A DNA stretch of 64,000 nt from Tubulanus polymorphus. Taxonomy: Eukaryota; Animalia; Nemertea. Below are positions 25,393 through 37,339 of this stretch, one piece after another. The notes under the pieces are model-generated. The model made no database searches, was not told the origin of the DNA, and was given only the letters and a program-made list of their open reading frames with translations. Every line of letters begins with the position of its first letter. Position 1 is the stretch's first letter. The position numbers and the translations under genes are program-made. The stretch lies in the NCBI RefSeq assembly GCF_964204645.1, contig NC_134029.1:7280850-7344849 (forward strand). The letters run 5' to 3'.

Positions 25393-26643
25393 TTTGTCGT
25401 AAAATAACAATTGCAAGCAAAAGCGCGCGTGTAAAAGCGATTTCACGTGTAGTGAAAACTGATGCTAACACAGCAACGCGGCAACAGCTACCTAGCAACT
25501 GATTCGTGACATACATCATTACGACGTAACCAACCACGGAAATTACCGACAGCTGCCGGGAACCAGCGTATATTTCTCAATTACTAACATTAAACAAATT
25601 GACGGTTTAAGATTATTTATAAATTATTATTTTTATTTTAGATCCCGGTCTACAGTCTCTGAACGGATGAATCATTTTTCCAACGTAAATCAGTAAATGA
25701 TTAGGTGGCAAACATCAAGAATTTGCTAATAACAGTGGTCGCAACGTGTCAGAGGCTGTGGTAGGACTGTTACTTGATAGTGACTTGCTCGTAGTAGCTT
25801 CGTGACTCCGATGTACAATATCCCTTTATCCAGATTCTCACATCCAAAATTATATTTGGTTGATAAGTTTTTCTTGAAGTCTCTACGATCGGAGGGCTCT
25901 CATGTGCTTCCCGAGTGAATATTCCCAATTTTGTATTCATACTTAATGCCATCGCGAGGTTGAGTGTGTGGGTTGAGTGTTTGTGCCGGTGTAAGAGCCA
26001 AATGTCAGAGAATTGCTTTGCTAATGTGCTCAGTCGTCTAACTAGACTATATTTTGGTTTAAGAATTGATATTCTACTAATCATAGCCTTCGTCTTTGCA
26101 TCTCATAACATCTTCATTGGAATTGACAGCGAAGGCAACGTAGATGTTCTTAAATATTTTAGTTTTTCCGGCCAATGATATTATTATAGTTACGTATGGC
26201 AGTAGGAAATGTTGTGGTGATTGACTTGATGACGCACAGAAAAAGAAACATGGTTGACTATTTCGATGCTTGGGGTTTTTCAAAGGTGTCTTCTTCTTAA
26301 AGGTGAATGTAGTTACTGCTGACGGGATGGCTATCAAACAAACGCACCTATTGCAATAAGTAGCAACTGGCCGTCCGCGATACTATCGTACTTCTACTTC
26401 TTCCAGGCAAAAACTTCTCCCTCATTATGTGACAAATATCAAACTCGAAGGCCTAACTAACTAACTGGACAAGTAACGAAATCTCTGTCGTCGGATATAA
26501 CCAGTGGATTCCAAAAGATTTTTTGAAGAAATAACAATTTATTGGCTGTGTAGGCCGTATAAACAAACAAATATATGAGACTCAGGCGGAGGTATTGGTC
26601 GTTACGAATCACATTCAGAGTATATACACGATCGAAGTGGATA

Positions 26644-28252
26644 TTAATTTCTTCGAACAGCATTGCAAATGAATAATCTGCGAAATCCGCGACGTAAATA
26701 TCTAGCAAATTTTCTCATTTTTCCTACAAATAGAAAATATAAGTAAATCGTGAGTTAGAATGACAAATATAAATATTACAATTTCCATGTAACTCCATAA
26801 GAAAGGCTGAGAAACTGAATTTGAATTATGTCAACACCTGAAAAGTCAAATTTTTCATTCTTCAAGTCAGTGAAGCTCGTACCACGAGTTTCTGATTTAC
26901 TGCGTCCTGTCGTCGGTTCTTCAGTTTTTGATCTGATACCCATCCCTGGTTTTTTGTTATTCTGCTCTCGTCCATCAAGCGATATTTCATCAATTTCAAT
27001 TTCTTCCGTAATGACTATCTTTTCATCTATTGGTTCTGTAATTATGATAAAACAATAACACATCTAGCAGCCTGCCATAGACCTGTTTAAAAAGGTTTCC
27101 TCAATCTTAGTGTAAAACATTTTTTCAGATTTCTTACCATTAAAACCGATGAACCCGTTGCCAGTAATGTTTAGTTTGGTTTCACATGTGGGCGGTATAA
27201 CCGCTACAATCGGTTTAACTTGTACTTCGATATCATGTCTTTTGGTGCAATTTCTTTCGTCTGCATCAATCGATGATTTACCATCTTTGGATTTGGTGAC
27301 ATGAATTTCGGCTTTTATCTCACGAGGCAGTGAATTCTCACTCACTGGTTTGTGTTTAGCTAAATGCTTTTCCACGTCTAGCTTTTCTTCGGAATAGCGT
27401 TTAAGTTGCACAGCTCCCATTCTGTTCAGTTTGGCAACGTCTCGTTGAGCTGCAGCCGATGTCAATTTTCTCTTATTTCCTGCAGCTTGGTGATCATTCG
27501 ACTTGTCTAAAAAAAAAAAACAGGAACATCCAACCCTGTTTCTATCGTTCAACTATTTGCATCATACTTTGTCACGTTCAAACTTACCATCGACCATCAC
27601 GGATGCCTGGCCCCACTGGCAGAAGTAAATTCCCGCCGATTTTACAAATCGATTAGCTCTCGGCTCCCACTTTATATCTCCATTTTCACTCACAACCGCC
27701 AGTTTGTATTCAGTTCCCAGTTGTTGTTCCGTCAGGTGACCTTCCCACCAGTTACTCTCGGGGATTCTCTGAAGAAATGTGCCATCGCTCCAACCGACGG
27801 TTTCGCCGAACATTTTAACCGTTTCGCCCGGGGATGTTTCATAATGAGTCAGTATCACGGCAGACCTCTGACGGATTGATAGCCAGAACAATTTTGTAAT
27901 ACCTATAAGATAACATAGGAATTTCAGGCTATCGTATGATTAAAGTAGGTTATAGTTGTTTTAGTTGAAAATTCATTTATTCAATTTGAAAACGGATTTT
28001 CCATATTTATATATATGTTACCTGGAATTGTTCTTATGTTTTCCGCAGAGTAGAATCTGCCATTGAGGCAGAAAACGTTTTCGTTTTCGGAATCTGATGA
28101 ATGAAGAAAAATTTTGTAAAACTTACATTTATCTAATTATGGGAATCAACTTCTGTAAAGGTTATGCTTTTACCATATTTTGGCGTCGTCTCGACGCTCG
28201 ATCCCAACACCCGATCAACAAAATTAGATACCATTTCGTCGGAATTTTCCAT
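26644..28252 (-). CDS. CBM20-like domain protein, copy 5
   Basis: Same exon structure; the last donor is weakened from GTAAGA to GTACGA at ~26879. Confidence 0.72.
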
Positions 28253-29508
28253 TTTGTCGTAAAATAACAATTGCAAGCAAAAGCGCGCGTGTAAAAGCGA
28301 TTTCACGTGTAGTGAAAACTGATGCTAACACAGCAACGCGGCAACAGCTACCTAGCAACTGATTCGTGACATACATCATTACGACGTAACCAACCACGGA
28401 AATTACCGACAGCTGCCGGGAACCAGCGTATATTTCTCAATTACTAACATTAAACAAATTGACGGTTTAAGATTATTTCTAAATTATTATTTTTATTTTA
28501 GATCCCGGTCTGCAGTCTCTGAACGGATGAATCATTTTTCCAACCTAAATCAGTAAATGATTAGGTGTCAAACATCAAGAATTTGCTAATAACAGTGGTC
28601 GCAACGTGTCAGAGGCTGTGGTAGAACTGTTACTTGATAGTGACTTGCTTGTAGTAGCTTCGTGACTCCGATGTACAATATCCCTTTATCCAGATTCTCA
28701 CATCCAAAATTATATTTGGTTGATAAGTTTTTCTTGAAGTCTCTACGATCGGAGGGCTCTCATGTGCTTCCCCAGTGAATATTCCCAATTTTGTATTCAT
28801 ACTTAATGCCATCGCGAGGTTGAGTGTGTGGGTTGAGTGTTTGTGCCGGTGTAAGAGCCAAATGTCAGAGAATTGCTTTGCTAATGTGCTCAGTCGTCTA
28901 ACTAAACTAGTTATCTTGGTTTAAGAATTGATATTCTACTAATCATAGCCTTCGCCTTTGCATCTCATAACATCTTCATTGGAATTGACAGCGAAGGCAA
29001 CGTAGATGTTCTTTAATATTTTAGTTTTTCCGGCCAATGATATTATTATAGTTACGTATGGCAGTAGGAAATGTTGTGGTGATTGACTAGACGACGCACA
29101 GAAAAAGACACATGGTTGACTATTTCGATGCTTGGGGTTTTTCTAAGGTGTCTTCTTCTTGAAAAAGGTGAATGTAGTTACTGCTGACGGGATGGCTATC
29201 AAACAAACGCACCTATTGCAATAAGTAGCAACTGGCCGTCCGCGATACTATCGTACTTCTACTTCTTCCAGGCAAAAACTTCTCCCTCATTATGTGACAA
29301 ATATCAAACTCGAAGGCCTAACTAACTAATTGGACAAGTAACGAAATCTCTGTCGTCGAATATAACCAGTGGATTCCAAAAGATTTTTTGAAGAAATAAC
29401 AATTTATTGGCTGTATAGGCCGTATAAACAAACAAATATATGAGACTCAGGCGGAGGTATTGGTCGTTACGAATCACATTCAGAGTATATACACGATCGA
29501 AGTGGATA

Positions 29509-31121
29509 TTAATTTCTTCGAACAGCATTGCAAATGAATAATCTGCGAAATCCGCGACGTAAATATCTAGCAAATTTTCTCATTTTTCCTACAAATAGAG
29601 AATATAAGTAAATCGTGAGTTAGAATGACAAATATAAATATTACAATTTCCATGTAACTCCATAAGAAGGGCTGAGAAACTGAATTTGAATTATTTTAAC
29701 ACCTGAAAAGTCAAATTTTTCATTCTTCAAGTCAGTGAAGCTCTTACCACGAGTTTCTGATTTACTGCGTCGTGTCGTCGGTTCTTCAGTTTTTGATCTG
29801 ATACCCATCCCTGGTTTTTTGTTATTCTGCTCTCGTCCATCAAGCGATATTTCATCAATTTCAATTTCTTCCGTAATGACTATCTTTTCATCTATTGGTT
29901 CTGTAATTATGATAAAACAATAACGCATCTAGCAGCCTGCCATAGACCTGTTTAAAAAGGTTTCCTCAATCTTAGTGTAAAACATTTTTTCAGATTTCTT
30001 ACCATTAAAACCGATGAACCCGTTGCCAGTAATGTTTAGTTTGGTTTCACATGTGGGCGGTATAACCGCTACAATCGGTTTAACCTGTACTTCGATATCA
30101 TGTCTTTTGGTGCAATTTCTTTCGTCTGCATCAATCGATGATTTACCATCTTTGGATTTGGTGACATGAATTTCGGCTTTTATCTCACGAGGCAGTGAAT
30201 TCTCACTCACTGGTTTGTGTTTAGCTAAATGCTTTTCCACGTCTAGCTTTTCTTCGGAATAGCGTTTAAGTTGCACAGCTCCCATTCTGTTCAGTTTGGC
30301 AACGTCTCGTTGAGCTGCAGCCGATGTCAATTTTCTCTTATTTCCTGCAGCTTGGTGATCATTCGACTTGTCTAAAACAGAAAAAAAAACAGGAACATCC
30401 AACCCTGTTTCTATCGTTCAACTATTTGCATCATACTTTGTCACGTTCAAACTTACCATCGACCATCACGGATGCCTGGCCCCACTGGCAGAAGTAAATT
30501 CCCGCCGATTTTACAAATCGATTAGCTCTCGGCTCCCACTTTATATCTCCATTTTCACTCACAACCGCCAGTTTGTATTCAGTTCCCACTTGTTGTTCCG
30601 TCAGGTGACCTTCCCACCAGTTACTCTCGGGGATTCTCTGAAGAAATGTGCCATCGCTCCAACCGACGGTTTCGCCGAACATTTTAACCGTTTCGCCCGG
30701 GGATGTTTCATAATGAGTCAGTATCACGGCAGACCTCTGACGGATTGATAGCCAGAACAATTTTGTAATACCTATAGAATAGCATAGGAATTTTAGGCTA
30801 TCGTATGATTAAAGTAGGTTATAGTTGTTTTAGTTGAAAATTCATTTATTCAATTTGAAAACGGATTTTCCATATTCATATATATGTTACCTGGAATTGT
30901 TCTTATGTTTTCCGCAGAGTAGAATTTGCCATTGAGGCAGAAAACGTTTTCGTTTTCGGAATCTGAAAAATGAAGATGAATTTTGTAAAACTTACATTTA
31001 TCTAATTATGGGAATCAACTTCTGTAAAGGTTATGCTTTTACCATATTTTGGCGTCGTCTCGACGCTCGATCTCAACACCCAATCAACAAAATTAGATAC
31101 CATTTCGTCGGAATTTTCCAT
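29509..31121 (-). CDS. CBM20-like domain protein, copy 6 (promoter disrupted by insertions)
   Basis: Coding exons intact; a LINE is inserted 76 bp upstream of the ATG. Confidence 0.72.
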
Positions 31122-31197
31122 TTTGTCGTAAAATAACAATTGCAAGCAAAAGCGCGCGTGTAAAAGCGATTTCACGTGTAGTGAAAACTGATGCTAA

Positions 31198-32232
31198 GAA
31201 ATACCTAGTCTCACAAGCAAAAAAGGCACTACACGCTCTATACTGTAAGACTTATAGTCTAAATCTTCCTCTAGATTGTCAGTTAAAACTATTTGATCAG
31301 ACGGTGGTACCCGTCTTATTATATGGCTGTGAAGTCTGGGGGTTCTCTAACATAGATTCTATTGAGTCTGTTCACTTAAGTTTTCTGAGACACGTACTGA
31401 AAGCGCGAAATAGTACACCAACGTTCATGTTGTACGGAGAAACTGGTAGATTCCCCCTTTCTATAGTAATTAAATCTAGAATTGTCTCCTTTTGGGCTAA
31501 TTTAGTCAGTTCTCAGAACAAACTTTCTAGCATTCTGTATAAATCAGTTATGCGACCTTTTTACATTAACGGCATAGCTCCAAATTTCAAATGGATTAGA
31601 AATGTAAAAGATATTCTGTATTCTGTAGGTTTAAACAATATATGGGATGATCAATCCTTCCCAAACACTAGATGGCTGCAATCTACTTTAAAACAAAAAA
31701 TAATGGACCAGTTCCTCCAAGAATGGAGAGCATCCATAAGGGAATCACCTAAAGGTGACTATTACTCTCTATTCAAAGATAATCATAGCCTGGAGTTTAT
31801 TTACACGTCGGACATTCCTGATGACCTGCTATATAGTTTAAGTAGATTTAGAACGTGTAACCACAAACTTCCAATTGAAACTGGTAGATGGATGAAAGTA
31901 CCCAGAGAAAACAGGACCTGTCCTCTTTGCAACAGTGCTATAGGGGACGAATATCATTATATATTATGTTGTCCAACCCTTGACGTTTTAAGGACCAAGT
32001 ACATTGAGAGAAAATTTTCAATTTATCCAAACCAGTATAAATTCTCCTCCCTTATGCAGACAAAAAACATCAGAACACTTTATAATTTATGTATCTTTAT
32101 AAGTAAAATTGCTAAAATATTTGTGTAAACACGGCATTCGCTGCTATGTTATTTTGTATAATGTTCTATTTTTCACTCATATTGTCTAATTTGTAGACCT
32201 TGAGTTTGTCAAATAAACTGTAAACTGTAAAC
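31198..32232 (+). mobile_element. 5'-truncated non-LTR retrotransposon (RTE-X-like), post-RT region with CCHC zinc finger; ORF remnant ends at 32128
   Basis: Motifs PVLLYGCEVWG, YGETGRFPL, RFRTCNHKLPIETGRW and CPLC...GDEYHYILCCP; 3' tail (TAAACTG)x3; TSD TGCTAA at 31192-31197 and 32233-32238. The empty site is visible in the other eight units. Confidence 0.88.
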
Positions 32233-32350
32233 TGCTAACACAGCAACGCGGCAACAGCTACCTAGCAACTGATTCGTGACATAACAAGAGAAATCCCACA
32301 ATAAGTTCAGCCAAAACGAGAAACTTGAATAGAAGAGTTATATATATTTG

Positions 32351-32390
32351 CGCAACGTTTCGGCTAAAGACTATTAGCCATCATCAGGCG
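32351..32390 (-). ncRNA. Minimal type I hammerhead ribozyme in the Penelope 3' repeat
   Basis: Reverse complement reads CGC-CTGATGA-T-GGCTAA(tagtct)TTAGCC-GAAACGTT-GCG. Confidence 0.8.
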
Positions 32391-32708
32391 TACTGAGTAC
32401 AGGAGAATATTACAAGATATTTATACAAGACCAAAACAATAGAAGCAGAGTGAGTGATTAAAATATTGAAAGGGGAATAGATTAAAGTAATGACATAACA
32501 ACTAGAAAACAATGCTAAAGTAAGCAAGGCAAACTAGGGGCAATGTAGATTAAAGTAATTAATAAACAAAGACACAAGCTAAAGTGATTAAAACGGGAGG
32601 ACAAGCTAAGGGGTAATCAAATAAAACAAAGAGAAGGAACATGAAAGGCGATAATCAGTGAGTGAGTGGAAACAAGCAAACTATGATAAAGGCAAAACAA
32701 TGAGGGAA

Positions 32709-35099
32709 TTAGTATAACGGGGGTACAAGAGAAGCGAGAAATTTGGAGATCAAAATGTTGTGGGGGGAAAAACCGTTATTCAAATTAACACAATTTTCCA
32801 AGTTTTCAATAATCAGGGCCGATTCCATAATGTGTCGTTTAATCTTTTCTGAACAGGGGAAAATTATGGAGGCTTTTTCAAAATCAAAATTGTGGCTGGT
32901 TTCGTATACGTGATTAGCAACACCGCTTTCAGGCTTAAAATTCTTTACATCATTCTTATGTTCACGAATGCGCTTGTGTAAATCGCGTCCGGTTTCGCCG
33001 ATATATATTTTGTTACAAACTTTACAGGGAATTTTATATACACCAATGTTCAGGGGTTCAATTTTGGGGGAGTTATGAGTAAGATTACGACTAAGTTTGT
33101 TGTTATAAGTAAAAATGAGTTGTTTGTTTAAGAGATGGAGGGGAGTTTTAGATTTTTCCAGAAAAGGAACAAAAGGTACAATAATAGGCTGTTTACGCGC
33201 GCGGGTCCCTTGAGAGTGACTGAAATGTGAACGACGGGCTCTCAAGAGAGCTTTATTCAAAATGTCGTCGGGGTAAGCTAATTTATTAAGAGAGGTCTTG
33301 ATCTGGGTTAGTTCATCATCCAAGAAAAGGGGGTCACAAATCCTTAATGCGCGAAGGAATAAGCTTTGGGCAACACTAAGTTTAATGTTATGAGCGGTGA
33401 AGGAGAAATAATGTAGGTATGTTCCAGAGTGGGTAGGTTTCCTATAAACCGAGAATTTTAGACAAGACAAACAATTGTGTATACAAACATCAAGGAAAGG
33501 GATTTTCCCATCAACTTCCAATTCAAATGTGAAGTTCAAGGAGGGATAAAAAGAGTTAATAAATGTGAGAAATTGATCAATATCAAAGTCAAAAGGTATA
33601 AGGGCAAGAATATCATCAACGTATCGTAACCAAAGTTTAGGGAGAGTATCTGTGTAAAGAGGTAGTAATTCGGTTTCAACGTGTTCCAGGAAAAGATTTG
33701 CTAGAATGGGACTAAGCGGGTTCCCCATAGCCATGCCAAAAACCTGTTCGAAATATGAATTGTTGAAACTAAAAAAGGAGTTCTGGGTGCAAAGTTCAAT
33801 TAATTCGATAATACAATCAGTAGGAATGTCAAAATTGAAATCCAACGAAGGAAGTTTCCGTTTAAGAAAATCAAGGGTAGGCCTAAGAGGAACATTGGTA
33901 AAAAGAGAACTAGCATCAAACGAAATGAATCTATCGTTACCAGGAATAATGTTTTTTAACCATTCTAATAAATCTTGGTTGTGTCGTAAATGCGAGGCGG
34001 AGAAAGAACCAAGAGCCGGTGATAATTGTTTAGCCAGAAATTTGGATAAACGATAAGAGGGCGAATTACAATTAGATACAATGGGGCGCAGCGGAACATC
34101 TTTCTTATGGATTTTGGGGAGCCCATAGATATAAGGTAGGGAGGGTAGACGTGATTGAAATTTCGAAAGAATATCTTTAGAGTCCGGAAACCGTTGGATA
34201 ATACCAGACAGATTCTTATTGAATGAAGCTTGCATACGTGAGAGAGGGTTGGATTTCAATGGTTTATAAACATTAGAGTCACCGAGAAGGGAGAACATTT
34301 TTTGATTATAATCACAGATATCTAAGAGAACAATTTTGCCACCTTTATCAGCTTTTGAAATACGAACAGAGTCTAGTTTTCTGAGTTCAGAGAGGGCAAT
34401 CCTGAAACGACGAGGTAAAAATTCTGAGTAATTATAACGGAGGTTATCACAAATAGTTTGTAAGTTCATAAACATAAAATTGTAGTCAAAATTCGAGGAA
34501 GATGTCTTACGCTGTTCTAATTCCGACATAAAATCCAGGATGTTCGTCTTGCGGTGAGGTAAAGAAAAGTTCAAACCGAAGCCAAGGAGTTGAAGTTGAT
34601 ACAACGTGAGCGAAACGGAGGAGAGATTCACAATAATGTCCGTGTTGCTAAACTTAGTCCAAGGACTAAGAATAATGAGCTGTTGAAGTTTCGAATTAAG
34701 TTTACAAGAATTGTCAGAAAAATGACGGTTACCGGAGTCCATAACGATAGAGCTGAGTAAGTTGAAGAGATGCGGGTCCGGAAGTTGAGATCTGAGGTAA
34801 TTGTGCGCTTGCCGAGATCTGAAGAATTGATAATCGCAATCATCTTTAGCTTTGCCGATCGCTGATCTTAGATGAGAATTTGCTTGCTTCGGAAATGGTG
34901 AATGCGAATCGAATTTCTTGATCCAGTTCATGGAGCGAGGAATCACCTTTTCGCTGAGGCAGTCTTGCAGAAATTTCACTTTGGTTTTTGCTGTTTTCGC
35001 TTGGATGTACCGCTTTTCATAAGTCCGAAAGCAAGAGATGAGATGTGGAAAGGTTATAAAGAAGAATTGAAGAACGATTTTCCGATCCGTGGGAAGCAT
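32709..35099 (-). CDS. Penelope-like (Penelope/Poseidon-type) reverse transcriptase + GIY-YIG endonuclease, 796 aa, intact
   Basis: KADKG, YGLPKIHK, PLRPIV, SFDASSLFT, GMAMGNPLSP, RYVDD, PFLD, VYRKPT, GVYKIPCKVC..IYIGETGR..RIREH. Confidence 0.95.
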   Translation of the reverse strand: MLPTDRKIVLQFFFITFPHLISCFRTYEKRYIQAKTAKTKVKFLQDCLSEKVIPRSMNWIKKFDSHSPFPKQANSHLRSAIGKAKDDCDYQFFRSRQAHNYLRSQLPDPHLFNLLSSIVMDSGNRHFSDNSCKLNSKLQQLIILSPWTKFSNTDIIVNLSSVSLTLYQLQLLGFGLNFSLPHRKTNILDFMSELEQRKTSSSNFDYNFMFMNLQTICDNLRYNYSEFLPRRFRIALSELRKLDSVRISKADKGGKIVLLDICDYNQKMFSLLGDSNVYKPLKSNPLSRMQASFNKNLSGIIQRFPDSKDILSKFQSRLPSLPYIYGLPKIHKKDVPLRPIVSNCNSPSYRLSKFLAKQLSPALGSFSASHLRHNQDLLEWLKNIIPGNDRFISFDASSLFTNVPLRPTLDFLKRKLPSLDFNFDIPTDCIIELIELCTQNSFFSFNNSYFEQVFGMAMGNPLSPILANLFLEHVETELLPLYTDTLPKLWLRYVDDILALIPFDFDIDQFLTFINSFYPSLNFTFELEVDGKIPFLDVCIHNCLSCLKFSVYRKPTHSGTYLHYFSFTAHNIKLSVAQSLFLRALRICDPLFLDDELTQIKTSLNKLAYPDDILNKALLRARRSHFSHSQGTRARKQPIIVPFVPFLEKSKTPLHLLNKQLIFTYNNKLSRNLTHNSPKIEPLNIGVYKIPCKVCNKIYIGETGRDLHKRIREHKNDVKNFKPESGVANHVYETSHNFDFEKASIIFPCSEKIKRHIMESALIIENLENCVNLNNGFSPHNILISKFLASLVPPLY

Positions 35100-35206
35100 G
35101 ATGAGACGAGAAGATACACAATATCCGTGTAAGAAGATAACAAGAGAAATCCCACAATAAGTTCAGCCAAAACGAGAAACTTGAATAGAAGAGTTATATA
35201 TATTTG

Positions 35207-35246
35207 CGCAACGTTTCGGCTAAAGACTATTAGCCATCATCAGGCG
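35207..35246 (-). ncRNA. Minimal type I hammerhead ribozyme in the Penelope pLTR
   Basis: Mirror copy of 37193-37232. Confidence 0.8.
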
Positions 35247-35564
35247 TACTGAGTACAGGAGAATATTACAAGATATTTATACAAGACCAAAACAATAGAA
35301 GCAGAGTGAGTGATTAAAATATTGAAAGGGGAATAGATTAAAGTAATGACATAACAACTAGAAAACAATGCTAAAGTAAGCAAGGCAAACTAGGGGCAAT
35401 GTAGATTAAAGTAATTAATAAACAAAGACACAAGCTAAAGTGATTAAAACGGGAGGACAAGCTAAGGGGTAATCAAATAAAACAAAGAGAAGGAACATGA
35501 AAGGCGATAATCAGTGAGTGAGTGGAAACAAGCAAACTATGATAAAGGCAAAACAATGAGGGAA

Positions 35565-36221
35565 TTAGTATAACGGGGGTACAAGAGAAGCGAGAAATTT
35601 GGAGATCAAAATGTTGTGGGGGGAAAAACCGTTATTCAAATTAACACAATTTTCCAAGTTTTCAATAATCAGGGCCGATTCCATAATGTGTCGTTTAATC
35701 TTTTCTGAACAGGGGAAAATTATGGAGGCTTTTTCAAAATCAAAATTGTGGCTGGTTTCGTATACGTGATTAGCAACACCGCTTTCAGGCTTAAAATTCT
35801 TTACATCATTCTTATGTTCACGAATGCGCTTGTGTAAATCGCGTCCGGTTTCGCCGATATATATTTTGTTACAAACTTTACAGGGAATTTTATATACACC
35901 AATGTTCAGGGGTTCAATTTTGGGGGAGTTATGAGTAAGATTACGACTAAGTTTGTTGTTATAAGTAAAAATGAGTTGTTTGTTTAAGAGATGGAGGGGA
36001 GTTTTAGATTTTTCCAGAAAAGGAACAAAAGGTACAATAATAGGCTGTTTACGCGCGCGGGTCCCTTGAGAGTGACTGAAATGTGAACGACGGGCTCTCA
36101 AGAGAGCTTTATTCAAAATGTCGTCGGGGTAAGCTAATTTATTAAGAGAGGTCTTGATCTGGGTTAGTTCATCATCCAAGAAAAGGGGGTCACAAATCCT
36201 TAATGCGCGAAGGAATAAGCT
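35565..36221 (-). pseudogene. 5'-truncated Penelope ORF (thumb/GIY-YIG part) forming the upstream pLTR of the left arm
   Basis: Matches the last ~219 codons of the 796-aa ORF; period to the full copy is 2856 bp. Confidence 0.9.
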
Positions 36222-36222
36222 A

Positions 36223-36874
36223 ATTCCTTCGCGCATTAAGGATTTGTGACCCCCTTTTCTTGGATGATGAACTAACCCAGATCAAGACCTCTCTTAATAA
36301 ATTAGCTTACCCCGACGACATTTTGAATAAAGCTCTCTTGAGAGCCCGTCGTTCCCATTTCAGTCACTCTCAAGGGACCCGCGCGCGTAAACAGCCTATT
36401 ATTGTACCTTTTGTTCCTTTTCTGGAAAAATCTAAAACTCCCCTCCATCTCTTAAACAAACAACTCATTTTTACTTATAACAACAAACTTAGTCGTAATC
36501 TTACTCATAACTCCCCCAAAATTGAACCCCTGAACATTGGTGTATATAAAATTCCCTGTAAAGTTTGTAACAAAATATATATCGGCGAAACCGGACGCGA
36601 TTTACACAAGCGCATTCGTGAACATAAGAATGATGTAAAGAATTTTAAGCCTGAAAGCGGTGTTGCTAATCACGTATACGAAACCAGCCACAATTTTGAT
36701 TTTGAAAAAGCCTCCATAATTTTCCCCTGTTCAGAAAAGATTAAACGACACATTATGGAATCGGCCCTGATTATTGAAAACTTGGAAAATTGTGTTAATT
36801 TGAATAACGGTTTTTCCCCCCACAACATTTTGATCTCCAAATTTCTCGCTTCTCTTGTACCCCCGTTATACTAA
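36223..36874 (+). pseudogene. 5'-truncated Penelope ORF forming the upstream pLTR of the right arm
   Basis: Matches the 3' part of ORF 37340-39730 apart from a synonymous A>C at 36355. Confidence 0.9.
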
Positions 36875-37192
36875 TTCCCTCATTGTTTTGCCTTTATCAT
36901 AGTTTGCTTGTTTCCACTCACTCACTGATTATCGCCTTTCATGTTCCTTCTCTTTGTTTTATTTGATTACCCCTTAGCTTGTCCTCCCGTTTTAATCACT
37001 TTAGCTTGTGTCTTTGTTTATTAATTACTTTAATCTACATTGCCCCTAGTTTGCCTTGCTTACTTTAGCATTGTTTTCTAGTTGTTATGTCATTACTTTA
37101 ATCTATTCCCCTTTCAATATTTTAATCACTCACTCTGCTTCTATTGTTTTGGTCTTGTATAAATATCTTGTAATATTCTCCTGTACTCAGTA

Positions 37193-37232
37193 CGCCTGAT
37201 GATGGCTAATAGTCTTTAGCCGAAACGTTGCG
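37193..37232 (+). ncRNA. Minimal type I hammerhead ribozyme in the Penelope pLTR
   Basis: CGC-CTGATGA-T-GGCTAA(tagtct)TTAGCC-GAAACGTT-GCG: catalytic boxes CUGANGA and GAAA, 6-bp stem II, palindromic AACGTT in place of stem III. Confidence 0.82.
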
Positions 37233-37339
37233 CAAATATATATAACTCTTCTATTCAAGTTTCTCGTTTTGGCTGAACTTATTGTGGGATTTCTCTTGTT
37301 ATCTTCTTACACGGATATTGTGTATCTTCTCGTCTCATC

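Noticed and set aside
22785-25640. Penelope period (2856 bp) equals the length of array unit 4
   Set aside because: No sequence similarity between them, and unit lengths range 2856-2876; treated as coincidence.
31181-31197. Start of the 315-aa ORF (MKTDAK) as a real fusion gene start
   Set aside because: It is a GTG in host promoter sequence that happens to be in frame with the truncated LINE ORF.
36222-36236. MREGI N-terminus of the 223-aa ORF as a separate GIY-YIG gene
   Set aside because: It arises from reading across the palindrome centre; the rest is just the pLTR.
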